Shown piece by piece: positions 19,053 through 27,729 of a stretch of 63,474 nucleotides of DNA. The stretch's first letter is position 1. The number at the start of each line of letters is the position of its first letter. Origin of the DNA: Clostridia bacterium (GTDB taxonomy: Bacteria; Bacillota; Clostridia; RUG12999); assembly GCA_045546415.1 (NCBI GenBank), contig JAZQCS010000121.1:1-63474 (forward strand), in the 5' to 3' direction. Both the position numbers and the translations under genes were made by a program. Under the pieces are notes generated by a model. The model saw nothing but the letters and a program-made list of their open reading frames with translations. It did not search any database and was not told the origin of the DNA.

Positions 19053-20297
19053 TTATTTAAACTTAATTTCTGCAACTCTTACACAATAATGTGTACCGTA
19101 ATGATAACCGTCAAGATTTGCATAAAGGTTACCGTCTTCCTGTTTAAACGGTACATCATATCCGTTATCCATCCAGGTGATTTTTTCAATTTCACGGTCA
19201 ATGTTTTTATAGGTTACCTGATTATCCGTATTAAACTCAAGGGTTACATGAGCATCTCCGCCCTTAACTCCGGGCTTGAACCTGAACAGATATGCAATTT
19301 TTTCGTCATTTACATCCTTAAGCAGGAAGTCACGGGTATCTTCATATACAATATAAGGTCTGCCGTTATAGATAGCCTTGCCGTATATAGACATCCATCT
19401 ACCGATACATTCCATTGTTGCCTCCTGCATTTTTGGGATTGTGCCGTCTGCATTCGGTCCAATATTAAGAAGGAAATTTGCACCGATTTTACGACATTCG
19501 CAAAGCTCCTCAATAAGCTGCGGAACAGATTTAAAGTTGATGTCATCTGCCACGCCCCAGTGCTCATAAAGGGTTTCGCACATTTCCCCTGCAACATATT
19601 TCGCAGCGCCTGTACGGTCAATGGGCGTGGGCATACCTCTTTCATAGGTTACCGAGTCAATCTCCTCTGCACCAAGTGCGCCGCGGGCTACCATACCCGT
19701 GTTGTTGATTATCATAGCCTCGGGCTGATGCTTTCTTATAACCTTGTACATAACATCCTCATGCCAGTCCGCATCCTTTTTGGACCAGTTGCCGTCAAAC
19801 CACAAACCGCCGATTTTCCCGTAATTTGTACAAAGAATTTCAACGCTTTTGTTAAGATATTCAAGATATGCATCGAAATCCTTGTTGAAATCCTCATTGT
19901 ACCAGTCAAGGGTTGTGTGATATAAGAATGGTACAATATCCTCTTTTCGACATTCATCAACAAATTCCTTCACAAGGTCTTTTCCCGTAGGTGAATGCAT
20001 TACATCAAAATCGTTAAGTCCTTTTGTATCATACAGGGAAAAGCCCTCGTGATGTCTTGTAGTAAGGTTGATGTACTTACATCCTGCCTTCTTACCCAGT
20101 TCAACAATTTCTTTCATTGTAGGCACATTGAAGGTGTCCTTCAGCTTCATGTACTCTTCTTTATTGAGTCCGTGAACATTATACACCCATTCACCCTTGC
20201 TAAGCTGAGAATATAATCCAAAATGTACAAACATTCCGAATCCCAACTGTTCAAAATCCTTAATGTACTGTGCTGCCTCTGGTATGTTTTTACTCAT
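19053..20297 (-). CDS. GH29 alpha-L-fucosidase
   Basis: FGMFVHFGLYSQLSKGEW is the GH29 signature. 414 aa. Confidence 0.9.
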   Translation of the reverse strand: MSKNIPEAAQYIKDFEQLGFGMFVHFGLYSQLSKGEWVYNVHGLNKEEYMKLKDTFNVPTMKEIVELGKKAGCKYINLTTRHHEGFSLYDTKGLNDFDVMHSPTGKDLVKEFVDECRKEDIVPFLYHTTLDWYNEDFNKDFDAYLEYLNKSVEILCTNYGKIGGLWFDGNWSKKDADWHEDVMYKVIRKHQPEAMIINNTGMVARGALGAEEIDSVTYERGMPTPIDRTGAAKYVAGEMCETLYEHWGVADDINFKSVPQLIEELCECRKIGANFLLNIGPNADGTIPKMQEATMECIGRWMSIYGKAIYNGRPYIVYEDTRDFLLKDVNDEKIAYLFRFKPGVKGGDAHVTLEFNTDNQVTYKNIDREIEKITWMDNGYDVPFKQEDGNLYANLDGYHYGTHYCVRVAEIKFK

Positions 20298-20326
20298 ATA
20301 AAATCCTCCTTAAAAGCGTTGTATTG

Positions 20327-23152
20327 TTACTTAATCTGTAAATTTTTAATGTATATAATATTGCCCGAAGCAATTACAAAAGCAAATTCGGTGCAAGCCT
20401 CTTTGAATCCCGAAATATCTACTGTGTATGTTTTCCACTCACCAAAAGGTATTTTCAGCTCTTCGAATTTTGATGTAGAGTTGAAATCAATATATCCGTC
20501 TACTTTGGAGTCTATTTCAGGTTCAAGGTCGTTTGCTTTTATACGGAGGGCAAATTCACCGTAACCGCCGAGCTTTTTAGTTGATGTTGCGGGGACAAAA
20601 GCATCAAAGGTAAAGGTGGACTTGTTTTTCACAAGCTCAGCATCAATATACACCTTGCCCTGTGACAACGCCGTTAATTCATAAGCATTGTAGCCCCCTG
20701 CTCTCCCTGTTTCCACCGCAATAGAACTTGCCGCCGAAAGCTCGCCCGATTCAAAGGACAAGCCGGGAATTGTAGTTACTGTTTTTAGATTTCTCAGGTA
20801 AATTATATTTCCTGTAGGAATAACAAAGGAGAATTCTGTACAATCTTCTTCAAAACCGGATATGTCAACTGTATATGTTTTCCACTCATCAAAGGGTATT
20901 TTCAGCTCTTCAAATTTTGATGTAGAGTTGAAATCGATATATCCGTCTACTTTGGAATCTATTTCGGGTTCAAGCTCATTTGCTTTTATGCGGAGGGCAA
21001 ACTCACCGTAACCCCCCAGCTTTTTAGTTGATGTTGCCGGAACAAAAGCCTCAAAGGTAAAGGTTGTTTGGTTTTTTACCAGTTCCTTATTAATGAAAAC
21101 TTTACCCTGACCCTTTGCGGTACACTTGTATGCAGAAAGACCGCCACCGTATGCCGCTTCACAATTAATGTTTGCATCGGTTGACAATTCCGTTCCATAC
21201 TTCATACCCGGAACAATAATGTCACCGGGTTTAATGCCGCCTTCAGCTGTGTCGCAATAAAAGATATAGCAATCATTAAAGCTTCCGTCTGTTTTTGACA
21301 TTTTCATAACTGTGCCGCCAACTATCGGTGTGCCCTCGTCGCTGTAAGAGCCTACAATTGCGCCGGATGCGTTAATATAGTTTGCACGGTCATAGCAGGA
21401 GGATTTCTGCCCATACTGGAACCGTGTTCCGTCATACATAACCGAGGCGCTGTTACAATGCTCGTGTCCTACAAAATGAGAATCGCAGCCAAGGGCTTTC
21501 ATTCCGTTATAAATTGCATAATCTGTATCCCAGGGACCTTTTAAGGTTCTGCCAAGGTATCCGAAATCGGTTTCTGCCCTATTTGCCGCCGCATCAATGT
21601 TTATGGGATTGTTTATAACATTACCGTCAACAGTGCCGTACTGTGACAAAGCAACCCTGAAAATCTCCTGCTGAATGTGGTAAACAAAGGAATATTTCAT
21701 ATCCGGAGCAAGACGGTTAATTTCACCTGCGACCCCGGTGTACCACTGAATCTGGTCTGCTCCGAAGCCTGCACTTGTTTTGAAATGGCCGTTTGCCTTT
21801 GTTGCCGCACTCATTCCTCCGCAACCGTTGGAATCAAGCATAAAGAACACTCGTTTCAAAATACCACCCTGGGTTATACCCACAGTATAGTTTCCGTTAC
21901 CTGTAAGAGTCCTCTGTTTAAACAAACAATATGTAGCTTTTTCAAGTTGTTCACATTGCCAATCTGCACCTAAAGCACTTTCGTTTTCGTGGTTACCGAA
22001 AACAGGTGCCCAGGGAATTTTAAAGCTTTCCATAACTTCAATAAGCTTCAGAAGCGCTGTTCCGTCATCATCAAACTCACCGTAAACAAGGTCACCCGTC
22101 AACAGAATAAGGTCGGGCTTTGTCTGATTTACTGTTTCCCTTAAATAGTCAAAGCATCTTTCGTCCATTTTATCGGTTGCCCAGTATTCGTCCGAAGTGC
22201 TGCCCAAACGGTCAGGCGTTCTCTCCTGTGCCGCATCAATTATCTGCGTATCGGTAAGCTGAAGAATAACAGGATCCCGTGTGCTTTCAACCTCAACAAC
22301 AAAATCCACAAATCTTGCAGGATTCACCCTGTCGGTCTTTTTAAGGGTTACGGTCTTTTTCATGGGTACAAGTCCCCCGGTTGTTTTCCATGCAAAAGCC
22401 TTTGCATATTCCGCATCCTTATGCTTTTCGATTTTTATTTCTGCTTTATTATTTTTTGAATTTACAAGTTCAAAAGCAACAAGCTTGTTATTTGAACCGT
22501 AAAGTGCAATAACTCCCTGAAATCTTACGGTTTCACCGGCATTGGGAATATATTCCGCCACCGCTTTAATTTCATCCGAGCTGAAATCTGTTACAAACTC
22601 AACATCAAAATTTCCTGTACCGTTTTCAACATAGGTAATTACAGTTGCCTCCAGATTAAGACATTGCCCTGCCTGAGCATTACCGTTTATAAAGCAACAG
22701 TCTTCTGCATTTACCGCATTTGCAGAAGGGGAGCTGTATACCGCAACGCGTTCGGTAGGGTCGGTAACCGTAAGCAGGAAGGTTCCGCCGTGACTTGTTT
22801 CTGCGGCCATTGTTATTTTGGAATTGTCCGTAAAATTAACAAATGTCTGTTTTGCAAGAACCGTCCCTGCAATTGATGTATCATAGTCTTTATCCCATTT
22901 ATACAGAGTCAGGGTAAGGTTTCCTATATTGTTAAGATGACTGGCAACCCACAACGAAACCTCCGTAAGCTCCTGATTTTCGTTAATTGTAAACCTCTGC
23001 GCCACACTTGCTTCCGGTGAAAAAAGATTATTTGGCGTACCCGAATAGGTTTTAGTGGCATATTTAATTACATTTTGTCCCGATGATGCAAATGTCTGAA
23101 CAGTTCCAAGCACCAACAAAAATACCAGAAAAAACGCGATTTTTCTTTTCAT
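20327..23152 (-). CDS. Secreted multidomain protein: novel N-module + calcineurin-like phosphoesterase + two C-terminal CBM-like repeats
   Basis: Signal peptide MKRKIAFFLVFLLVLGTVQTFA. N-module shared with 24139-27483 and 53833-57201 (LTLTLYKWD). Metallophosphoesterase motifs LTDTQ, TGDLVYGEFDD, FGNHENE and VGHEH. Two 118-aa repeats at the C-terminus. Confidence 0.8.
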   Translation of the reverse strand: MKRKIAFFLVFLLVLGTVQTFASSGQNVIKYATKTYSGTPNNLFSPEASVAQRFTINENQELTEVSLWVASHLNNIGNLTLTLYKWDKDYDTSIAGTVLAKQTFVNFTDNSKITMAAETSHGGTFLLTVTDPTERVAVYSSPSANAVNAEDCCFINGNAQAGQCLNLEATVITYVENGTGNFDVEFVTDFSSDEIKAVAEYIPNAGETVRFQGVIALYGSNNKLVAFELVNSKNNKAEIKIEKHKDAEYAKAFAWKTTGGLVPMKKTVTLKKTDRVNPARFVDFVVEVESTRDPVILQLTDTQIIDAAQERTPDRLGSTSDEYWATDKMDERCFDYLRETVNQTKPDLILLTGDLVYGEFDDDGTALLKLIEVMESFKIPWAPVFGNHENESALGADWQCEQLEKATYCLFKQRTLTGNGNYTVGITQGGILKRVFFMLDSNGCGGMSAATKANGHFKTSAGFGADQIQWYTGVAGEINRLAPDMKYSFVYHIQQEIFRVALSQYGTVDGNVINNPINIDAAANRAETDFGYLGRTLKGPWDTDYAIYNGMKALGCDSHFVGHEHCNSASVMYDGTRFQYGQKSSCYDRANYINASGAIVGSYSDEGTPIVGGTVMKMSKTDGSFNDCYIFYCDTAEGGIKPGDIIVPGMKYGTELSTDANINCEAAYGGGLSAYKCTAKGQGKVFINKELVKNQTTFTFEAFVPATSTKKLGGYGEFALRIKANELEPEIDSKVDGYIDFNSTSKFEELKIPFDEWKTYTVDISGFEEDCTEFSFVIPTGNIIYLRNLKTVTTIPGLSFESGELSAASSIAVETGRAGGYNAYELTALSQGKVYIDAELVKNKSTFTFDAFVPATSTKKLGGYGEFALRIKANDLEPEIDSKVDGYIDFNSTSKFEELKIPFGEWKTYTVDISGFKEACTEFAFVIASGNIIYIKNLQIK
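20330..21130 (-). repeat. Intragenic tandem duplication (two 354-bp units, 447-bp period)
   Basis: Units at 20330-20683 and 20777-21130 encode near-identical 118-aa modules (...FVPATSTKKLGGYGEFALRIKAN.LEPEIDSKVDGYIDFNSTSKFEELKIPF.EWKTYTVDISGF...). Confidence 0.9.
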
Positions 23153-23176
23153 TATCATTGCCTCCAAAAAAATTTG

Positions 23177-23251
23177 CATATTATAATTATACACTTGATT
23201 TATATATATATCTTGTGTTATAATAATAAAAAGTATAAAAATTTCCAGGTT
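23177..23251. promoter_or_regulatory. Divergent promoter/operator block, copy 1 (paralogous to 27508-27568)
   Basis: Block A catattataattatacacttga (23177-23198). Block B tcttgtgttataataataaaaagtata (23211-23237) contains an extended -10 TGtTATAAT (23216-23224) facing the AraC gene. ttccaggtt at 23243-23251. Confidence 0.6.
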
Positions 23252-23264
23252 TTGAGGTGAGTTT

Positions 23265-24107
23265 ATGATTTACAATGAAATTTTAACCAGAGGAACGGCA
23301 GATTTTCCCATAGAATACTATTTCGTGGACAGGTATCATGCACGATATGATATGTCAGCGCATTGGCATTCCGAGATAGAAATTGTGCGTATTCTTGAGG
23401 GAAGTCTTCAGTTAAAGCTGGACAATAATTCCTACCATGCCTCAAAGGGAGATGTTATTTTCATAAACCCCGAAACTGTCCACAGTGCCACCCCCGAAAA
23501 CTGCGATTACGAGTGTATTGTTTTCCGTCCGGATTTTTTATACGTGAGCACCTACAGCTGCCGTTTTTTCTTTGACAGTCTGCTCAGCCACGAATATGCG
23601 GTAAATGAATTTAATCCTTGTTCCGACAACGAATTTCAACAAGCAGCCGATGAGCTTTTTGAAGCAATGCAGAACAAAACTTCGGGTTATAAATTCCGTG
23701 TTATTTCCGCCATTTTCAAGCTTTTCGGCATTATAACCGACCGTCGGCTTTATTCAGACCTGACAGCAAACGAAAAAGCCGGCAACAAAAAAAGTATTTT
23801 AAAGCTGAAAAAAGTGCTGTCCTTTATGAGAGAACATTTTGACAAGCAGATAACCCTTGAGGATATGGCAAATGCATCGGATACCTCCCTTAAATATTTC
23901 AGCACATTTTTTAAAAATATGACCGGCAAAACTCCTTTTTCCTACCTTAACGATTACCGCATAGAGAAGGCGTCACAAATGCTTGCAAACTCTGACAAAA
24001 GCGTTACGGATATTGCATATTCCTGCGGTTTCAATGACCTGAGCTATTTTATTAAAACCTTCAAAAAAACAAAGGGCGTTTCGCCGGGACAATTCCGTAA
24101 AAACTAA
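23265..24107 (+). CDS. AraC-family regulator (cupin + HTH), paralog of 27730-28572
   Basis: DFPIEYY...WHSEIEI..ILEG...KLDNNSY....GDVIFINPETVHSATP cupin domain. C-terminal AraC HTH ...GFNDLSYFIKTFKKTKGVSPGQFRK. Confidence 0.9.
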   Translation: MIYNEILTRGTADFPIEYYFVDRYHARYDMSAHWHSEIEIVRILEGSLQLKLDNNSYHASKGDVIFINPETVHSATPENCDYECIVFRPDFLYVSTYSCRFFFDSLLSHEYAVNEFNPCSDNEFQQAADELFEAMQNKTSGYKFRVISAIFKLFGIITDRRLYSDLTANEKAGNKKSILKLKKVLSFMREHFDKQITLEDMANASDTSLKYFSTFFKNMTGKTPFSYLNDYRIEKASQMLANSDKSVTDIAYSCGFNDLSYFIKTFKKTKGVSPGQFRKN

Positions 24108-24137
24108 ACCGGGAGAAAAACTTTCTCCCGGTTTTTT
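24106..24137. terminator. Bidirectional intrinsic terminator
   Basis: Stem aaaccgggagaaa/tttctcccggttt followed by tttt. Lies between convergent genes. Confidence 0.8.
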
Positions 24138-24138
24138 A

Positions 24139-27100
24139 TCAGTTAAAATTAAATTCCTCAAAAATCCTTTGAATGCCACCGTTTACAAGCAGTTCAATAT
24201 AACCCTCCTCTGCTCCGCAAAGAATAAGTCCCGGTTCTTCCCAGTAACAGTTTATTCCAAGAGCCTCTACTATATCTCGAAGAGGCACATATGTCCTGTT
24301 TTCAATTTCCATTGCGGGGGTCTGAAGAGTTCGTTTTTCCTTTTCAATCCTCATAACATCACTACCCATGTTAAGGATAACTCTCTTTATTCCGTCTTCA
24401 ATCCGGATTTCCTGAGTTTCCTCAGTCCATGTAACCTTCCAGCCCAGGCTTTCCGCAAGGAATCGTACCGGAACAAGTGTCTTTCCGTTAACAATAACCG
24501 GAGCGGTTACATCGCTTGCCGTATCAATTACAGTTTCCTTGCCGTAAGCAAATGCCTTGCTGTTGCCGATTGCCATTACCACAAACCGGCTGGTAAGGTG
24601 CGGAAGCGTAAGAGCCGGGTCAACAGGCTCGTCTACAGCTTTGTTTTTAACGCTTGCCTCATCCGCATAGCGATATGCAAATCTGCCAATGGGAGCGGTG
24701 TCACCATTTACATAAAAGTCCATAATATCGCCCTGCTGTTGCATATTATCATTCCACTTGAACTCTATGTCAATTTTGTCACCAACACCAACAAGCACTT
24801 TGGGAATTTTAATCATCATTTCATTGCCGGAGTAAGTATAATCCACCTCTGCAACCCTTTCAAACTTCCAGTCGGTAACATATTTACCGTTCCATTTTTC
24901 AAGTGTTGCTTTATTTTGAGTGGGGCTTACTCTGTTAACAATAAAGTCGTAGCCTTCCCAACCGGATTTATACTTGCGGTCGGTGTTGATGAAAAGCCGC
25001 ATCCAATTTTCGTCTGTGTGAGGTGTAAGGTTTTCTGCAGTCTGTACATAGAAGTAAAGGTTTTCAGCATCTCTTGCCACCTTGGAAAGCACAATGTCGT
25101 TTCTGCCGGTGGTATTTGTAACCACGGAAAGGTCCTGAAGGCTGTGTGCATTACGAGGCTCTGTTCCGCCTTTTATACCAATAAAGTCGGGTCCGACATT
25201 ATCCCATTGAGCAAAATCCGAAGACAGATTAATTGTTTTTTCTGCAGAAGCTGTGGGGGTAGGTCTTACACCCTTGAACTCACGGATTTTATTTACAAGA
25301 AGGTAATAATAGGTATCCTTAAATTCACCCTTTGTAGGCTCAATGTCACGGCTGTATTCATCACTGTACTGGTCAGGGAAAGCATTAACTACACCGTACC
25401 ATTTTGAAGTTTTGGTAGCAGACCATTCATTCCAGCCGGTCACAAAAACGAACTCAGGGTCAAGCTCCATTGCTCTGTCCCACTGCTCCACAAAGTTGTA
25501 GCCGTAGAAATCCGAGGTTGTGGAAAGCTTGGAAAATCTGTCCTTATAGGTGTAGCTTCTGCCAAGAATACCATCACCGTTCATGGGAGCAATACTCTTT
25601 TCGGTAGAGTTTTGTGCAACACCTACTGCTACTGCTTCACAGCCGTATTTATCACTTGTTCCGTAAGGCTTCTGAGGGTAAACCTCAAGCCATGGCCACT
25701 GGTCATCCTGAGTGGGACCTTTGCGGTAATCTGCCTGACCGGGACGGAAGGTGAAGAAATCCAAAATCTCTTCATGCTGAGCCTTAACCTCATCATTTTC
25801 CGCATTTTTTACAAGGTTGTCGGGATATCCCATAATTACGGGCTTACCCTCCCAATAATACCAGGTATCATTATAAAGACCAATGGAATACATACTTTCG
25901 TAAAGCTTTTCAAGGTCCGTTACATTCCAGTTTTTGTCAAAGAACGGAAGCATAAACGCCATATCGGGGGTCTGTGTGCCCTCAAGGTGCATCTTATGCA
26001 TGGTTTCCGCCATCTTCATATAAGCACCCGTCCACACATTTGTATTGTTTGTGGTATCGTAGAACAAAACGTCAACACCTGCTGCGGAGAACTGTTCAAG
26101 GTGCTTTCTTACAACCCATTCATCAAAGCCGGAATATATGCCGTAAATTGATTCGTTCCATATACCCGTACCGGAGCAGTCACTCCAGCCCCTGTAAGTA
26201 AAGTCGTTTTTAATATCACTTTCGGGACCGGGATAGCTGTCAATAACCCTCTGGTTTATGCTTGCCCTTAAATTACGGCGGTATTTTTCAATATGCCAGG
26301 TCCAGTAGAAAAGACCAACCTGTCTGTTCGGGTCATATTCCCGAACTGTACTGCTGTCCACAAGCTTTCTTCCGAGAAGGTCGTTACCTGCCCAGGTATC
26401 GGAATATGTATCAATAAGCTCAAAATCTTTTGTTGCATTGAACTCTTCAAATCTCTTTTCATCCCAGGACGGTTCAGGCTTCTCCTGAAGAAAAGTAAGG
26501 TCATACAGGAACATATCGGTCAGAACAGGATCCTTGTTAACCTTTATAACAACATAAATTGTATGTTCACCTGTTATTTCCTTATGCATTTTTGATGTAA
26601 GCTCTCCGTCAACATCAAAAAGTCCTTCCATTTCCGCATAAAATTCGCAAAGAATGGGACCTTTCTGAATATCGTCTGCAATAATCTGTACCTTTGATAC
26701 GTCACATACACCGTTTCTTATATTAAGCTTTGCGCCCTTGGGAGCTTCCTTTCCGAAATCAACCTTAAAAGCAAGATAACCTTTTGTTTCGCCTTTTTCA
26801 TTCACGGCATAACTTTTGCCGTCACGGGTGCCAAAGCTCATTTTCTGTGATGCTACGGGTTTTGAAAGGTCAATGGGGCTGTATGCATCGGATGCCTTTA
26901 TTTCAGTTTCCAGAGAACGGTTTGATTCCGTTGTGGTTTCAACGTTGAGACACATACCGCTCTGTTGCTGACCGTAATTAAACAAACAGTCGTCTTTGCT
27001 AACCACGTTGCTTGCCGTACTGCTGTATACCGCAACCCTTTGTGTGGGATTTGAAACAATAAGTAAAAACACTCCCGTGTGGCCGGAGGGGACATCCATT

Positions 27101-27483
27101 GTTATTTTTGAGTTGTCCGGGAAATTTTCAAAGGTTTTGGTTACAATAGCCTTGTTTTTAAGGGATTTTTCATAGCTTTCGTCCCATTTGTAAAGCGTAA
27201 GTGTAAGGTTGCCTATACTGTCACCGTGGCTTGCCACCCACAATGAAACGGTCCTCAGCTCGTCATCTTCATTGATAGAAAATCTCTGTGCGGCAACATC
27301 GGTGGGGTTAAACATATTTATAGGGGTACCCGAAGAACCTCGAGCCGCAACATAATAAACATTAGCCGCATTTCCGCTGAGGTTCATGGGGATTCTGGGC
27401 GTAAGCTGACCTGCAGATGCAAAAGCCGGAGCTGCCCCCAGCAGCATAAGAGAAGCAATCATAAAAGTAATTATTCTTTTCAT
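24139..27483 (-). CDS. Secreted about 1114-aa protein: novel N-module + CBM6/35-like module + TIM-barrel-like glycosidase domain (family not recognised) + beta-sandwich + copper-amine-oxidase-N 'stalk' domain
   Basis: Signal peptide MKRIITFMIASLMLLGAAPAFA. LTLTLYKWD N-module. GEHTIYVVIK...YDLTF CBM-like end. FVFVTGWNEWSA and DDQWPWLEVYPQ motifs. C-terminal VNGKTLVPVRFLAESLG / YVPLRDIVEALG repeats. GGAGG lies 8 nt before the ATG at 27483. Confidence 0.8.
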   Translation of the reverse strand: MKRIITFMIASLMLLGAAPAFASAGQLTPRIPMNLSGNAANVYYVAARGSSGTPINMFNPTDVAAQRFSINEDDELRTVSLWVASHGDSIGNLTLTLYKWDESYEKSLKNKAIVTKTFENFPDNSKITMDVPSGHTGVFLLIVSNPTQRVAVYSSTASNVVSKDDCLFNYGQQQSGMCLNVETTTESNRSLETEIKASDAYSPIDLSKPVASQKMSFGTRDGKSYAVNEKGETKGYLAFKVDFGKEAPKGAKLNIRNGVCDVSKVQIIADDIQKGPILCEFYAEMEGLFDVDGELTSKMHKEITGEHTIYVVIKVNKDPVLTDMFLYDLTFLQEKPEPSWDEKRFEEFNATKDFELIDTYSDTWAGNDLLGRKLVDSSTVREYDPNRQVGLFYWTWHIEKYRRNLRASINQRVIDSYPGPESDIKNDFTYRGWSDCSGTGIWNESIYGIYSGFDEWVVRKHLEQFSAAGVDVLFYDTTNNTNVWTGAYMKMAETMHKMHLEGTQTPDMAFMLPFFDKNWNVTDLEKLYESMYSIGLYNDTWYYWEGKPVIMGYPDNLVKNAENDEVKAQHEEILDFFTFRPGQADYRKGPTQDDQWPWLEVYPQKPYGTSDKYGCEAVAVGVAQNSTEKSIAPMNGDGILGRSYTYKDRFSKLSTTSDFYGYNFVEQWDRAMELDPEFVFVTGWNEWSATKTSKWYGVVNAFPDQYSDEYSRDIEPTKGEFKDTYYYLLVNKIREFKGVRPTPTASAEKTINLSSDFAQWDNVGPDFIGIKGGTEPRNAHSLQDLSVVTNTTGRNDIVLSKVARDAENLYFYVQTAENLTPHTDENWMRLFINTDRKYKSGWEGYDFIVNRVSPTQNKATLEKWNGKYVTDWKFERVAEVDYTYSGNEMMIKIPKVLVGVGDKIDIEFKWNDNMQQQGDIMDFYVNGDTAPIGRFAYRYADEASVKNKAVDEPVDPALTLPHLTSRFVVMAIGNSKAFAYGKETVIDTASDVTAPVIVNGKTLVPVRFLAESLGWKVTWTEETQEIRIEDGIKRVILNMGSDVMRIEKEKRTLQTPAMEIENRTYVPLRDIVEALGINCYWEEPGLILCGAEEGYIELLVNGGIQRIFEEFNFN

Positions 27484-27507
27484 CGTCTGTACCTCCGAAA
27501 TATTCTG

Positions 27508-27568
27508 TATATTATAATTATATACTTGAAATTCCAGGTTGTCTTGTGGTATAATAGTAAAAAGTATA
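27508..27568. promoter_or_regulatory. Divergent promoter/operator block, copy 2
   Basis: Block A tatattataattatatacttga (27508-27529), ttccaggtt (27532-27540), and block B tcttgtggtataatagtaaaaagtata (27542-27568) with an extended -10 TGgTATAAT (27547-27555). Confidence 0.6.
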
Positions 27569-27729
27569 GTTATATTCACATTTTATATTTAAATCGTCTT
27601 AATTTGTCAACCGGGAGTAATTACCGCCATTTTACGCAATACAGCGGTTTTACCATTCCACCCATATTGAAATTTACGTTTAAATGCGATATGTCAAAAT
27701 ATGGTTATATTCACTTCGGAGGTGTTTTT

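Noticed and set aside
19089-19925. A 278-aa plus-strand ORF
   Set aside because: It is antisense to the GH29 fucosidase gene, and I recognise no motif in it.
24169-25407. A 412-aa plus-strand ORF, mirrored by a 412-aa minus-strand ORF at 55585-56823
   Set aside because: Both lie entirely antisense to the two paralogous secreted-enzyme genes. Their equal length simply reflects that paralogy. The translations are Cys/Phe/Ile/Lys-rich with no motifs, and neither has an RBS. They are antisense artefacts.
27526-27729. An N-terminal 68-aa extension of the second AraC ORF
   Set aside because: The extension covers the conserved divergent promoter blocks and has no counterpart in the paralog. GGAGGTG precedes the ATG at 27730.
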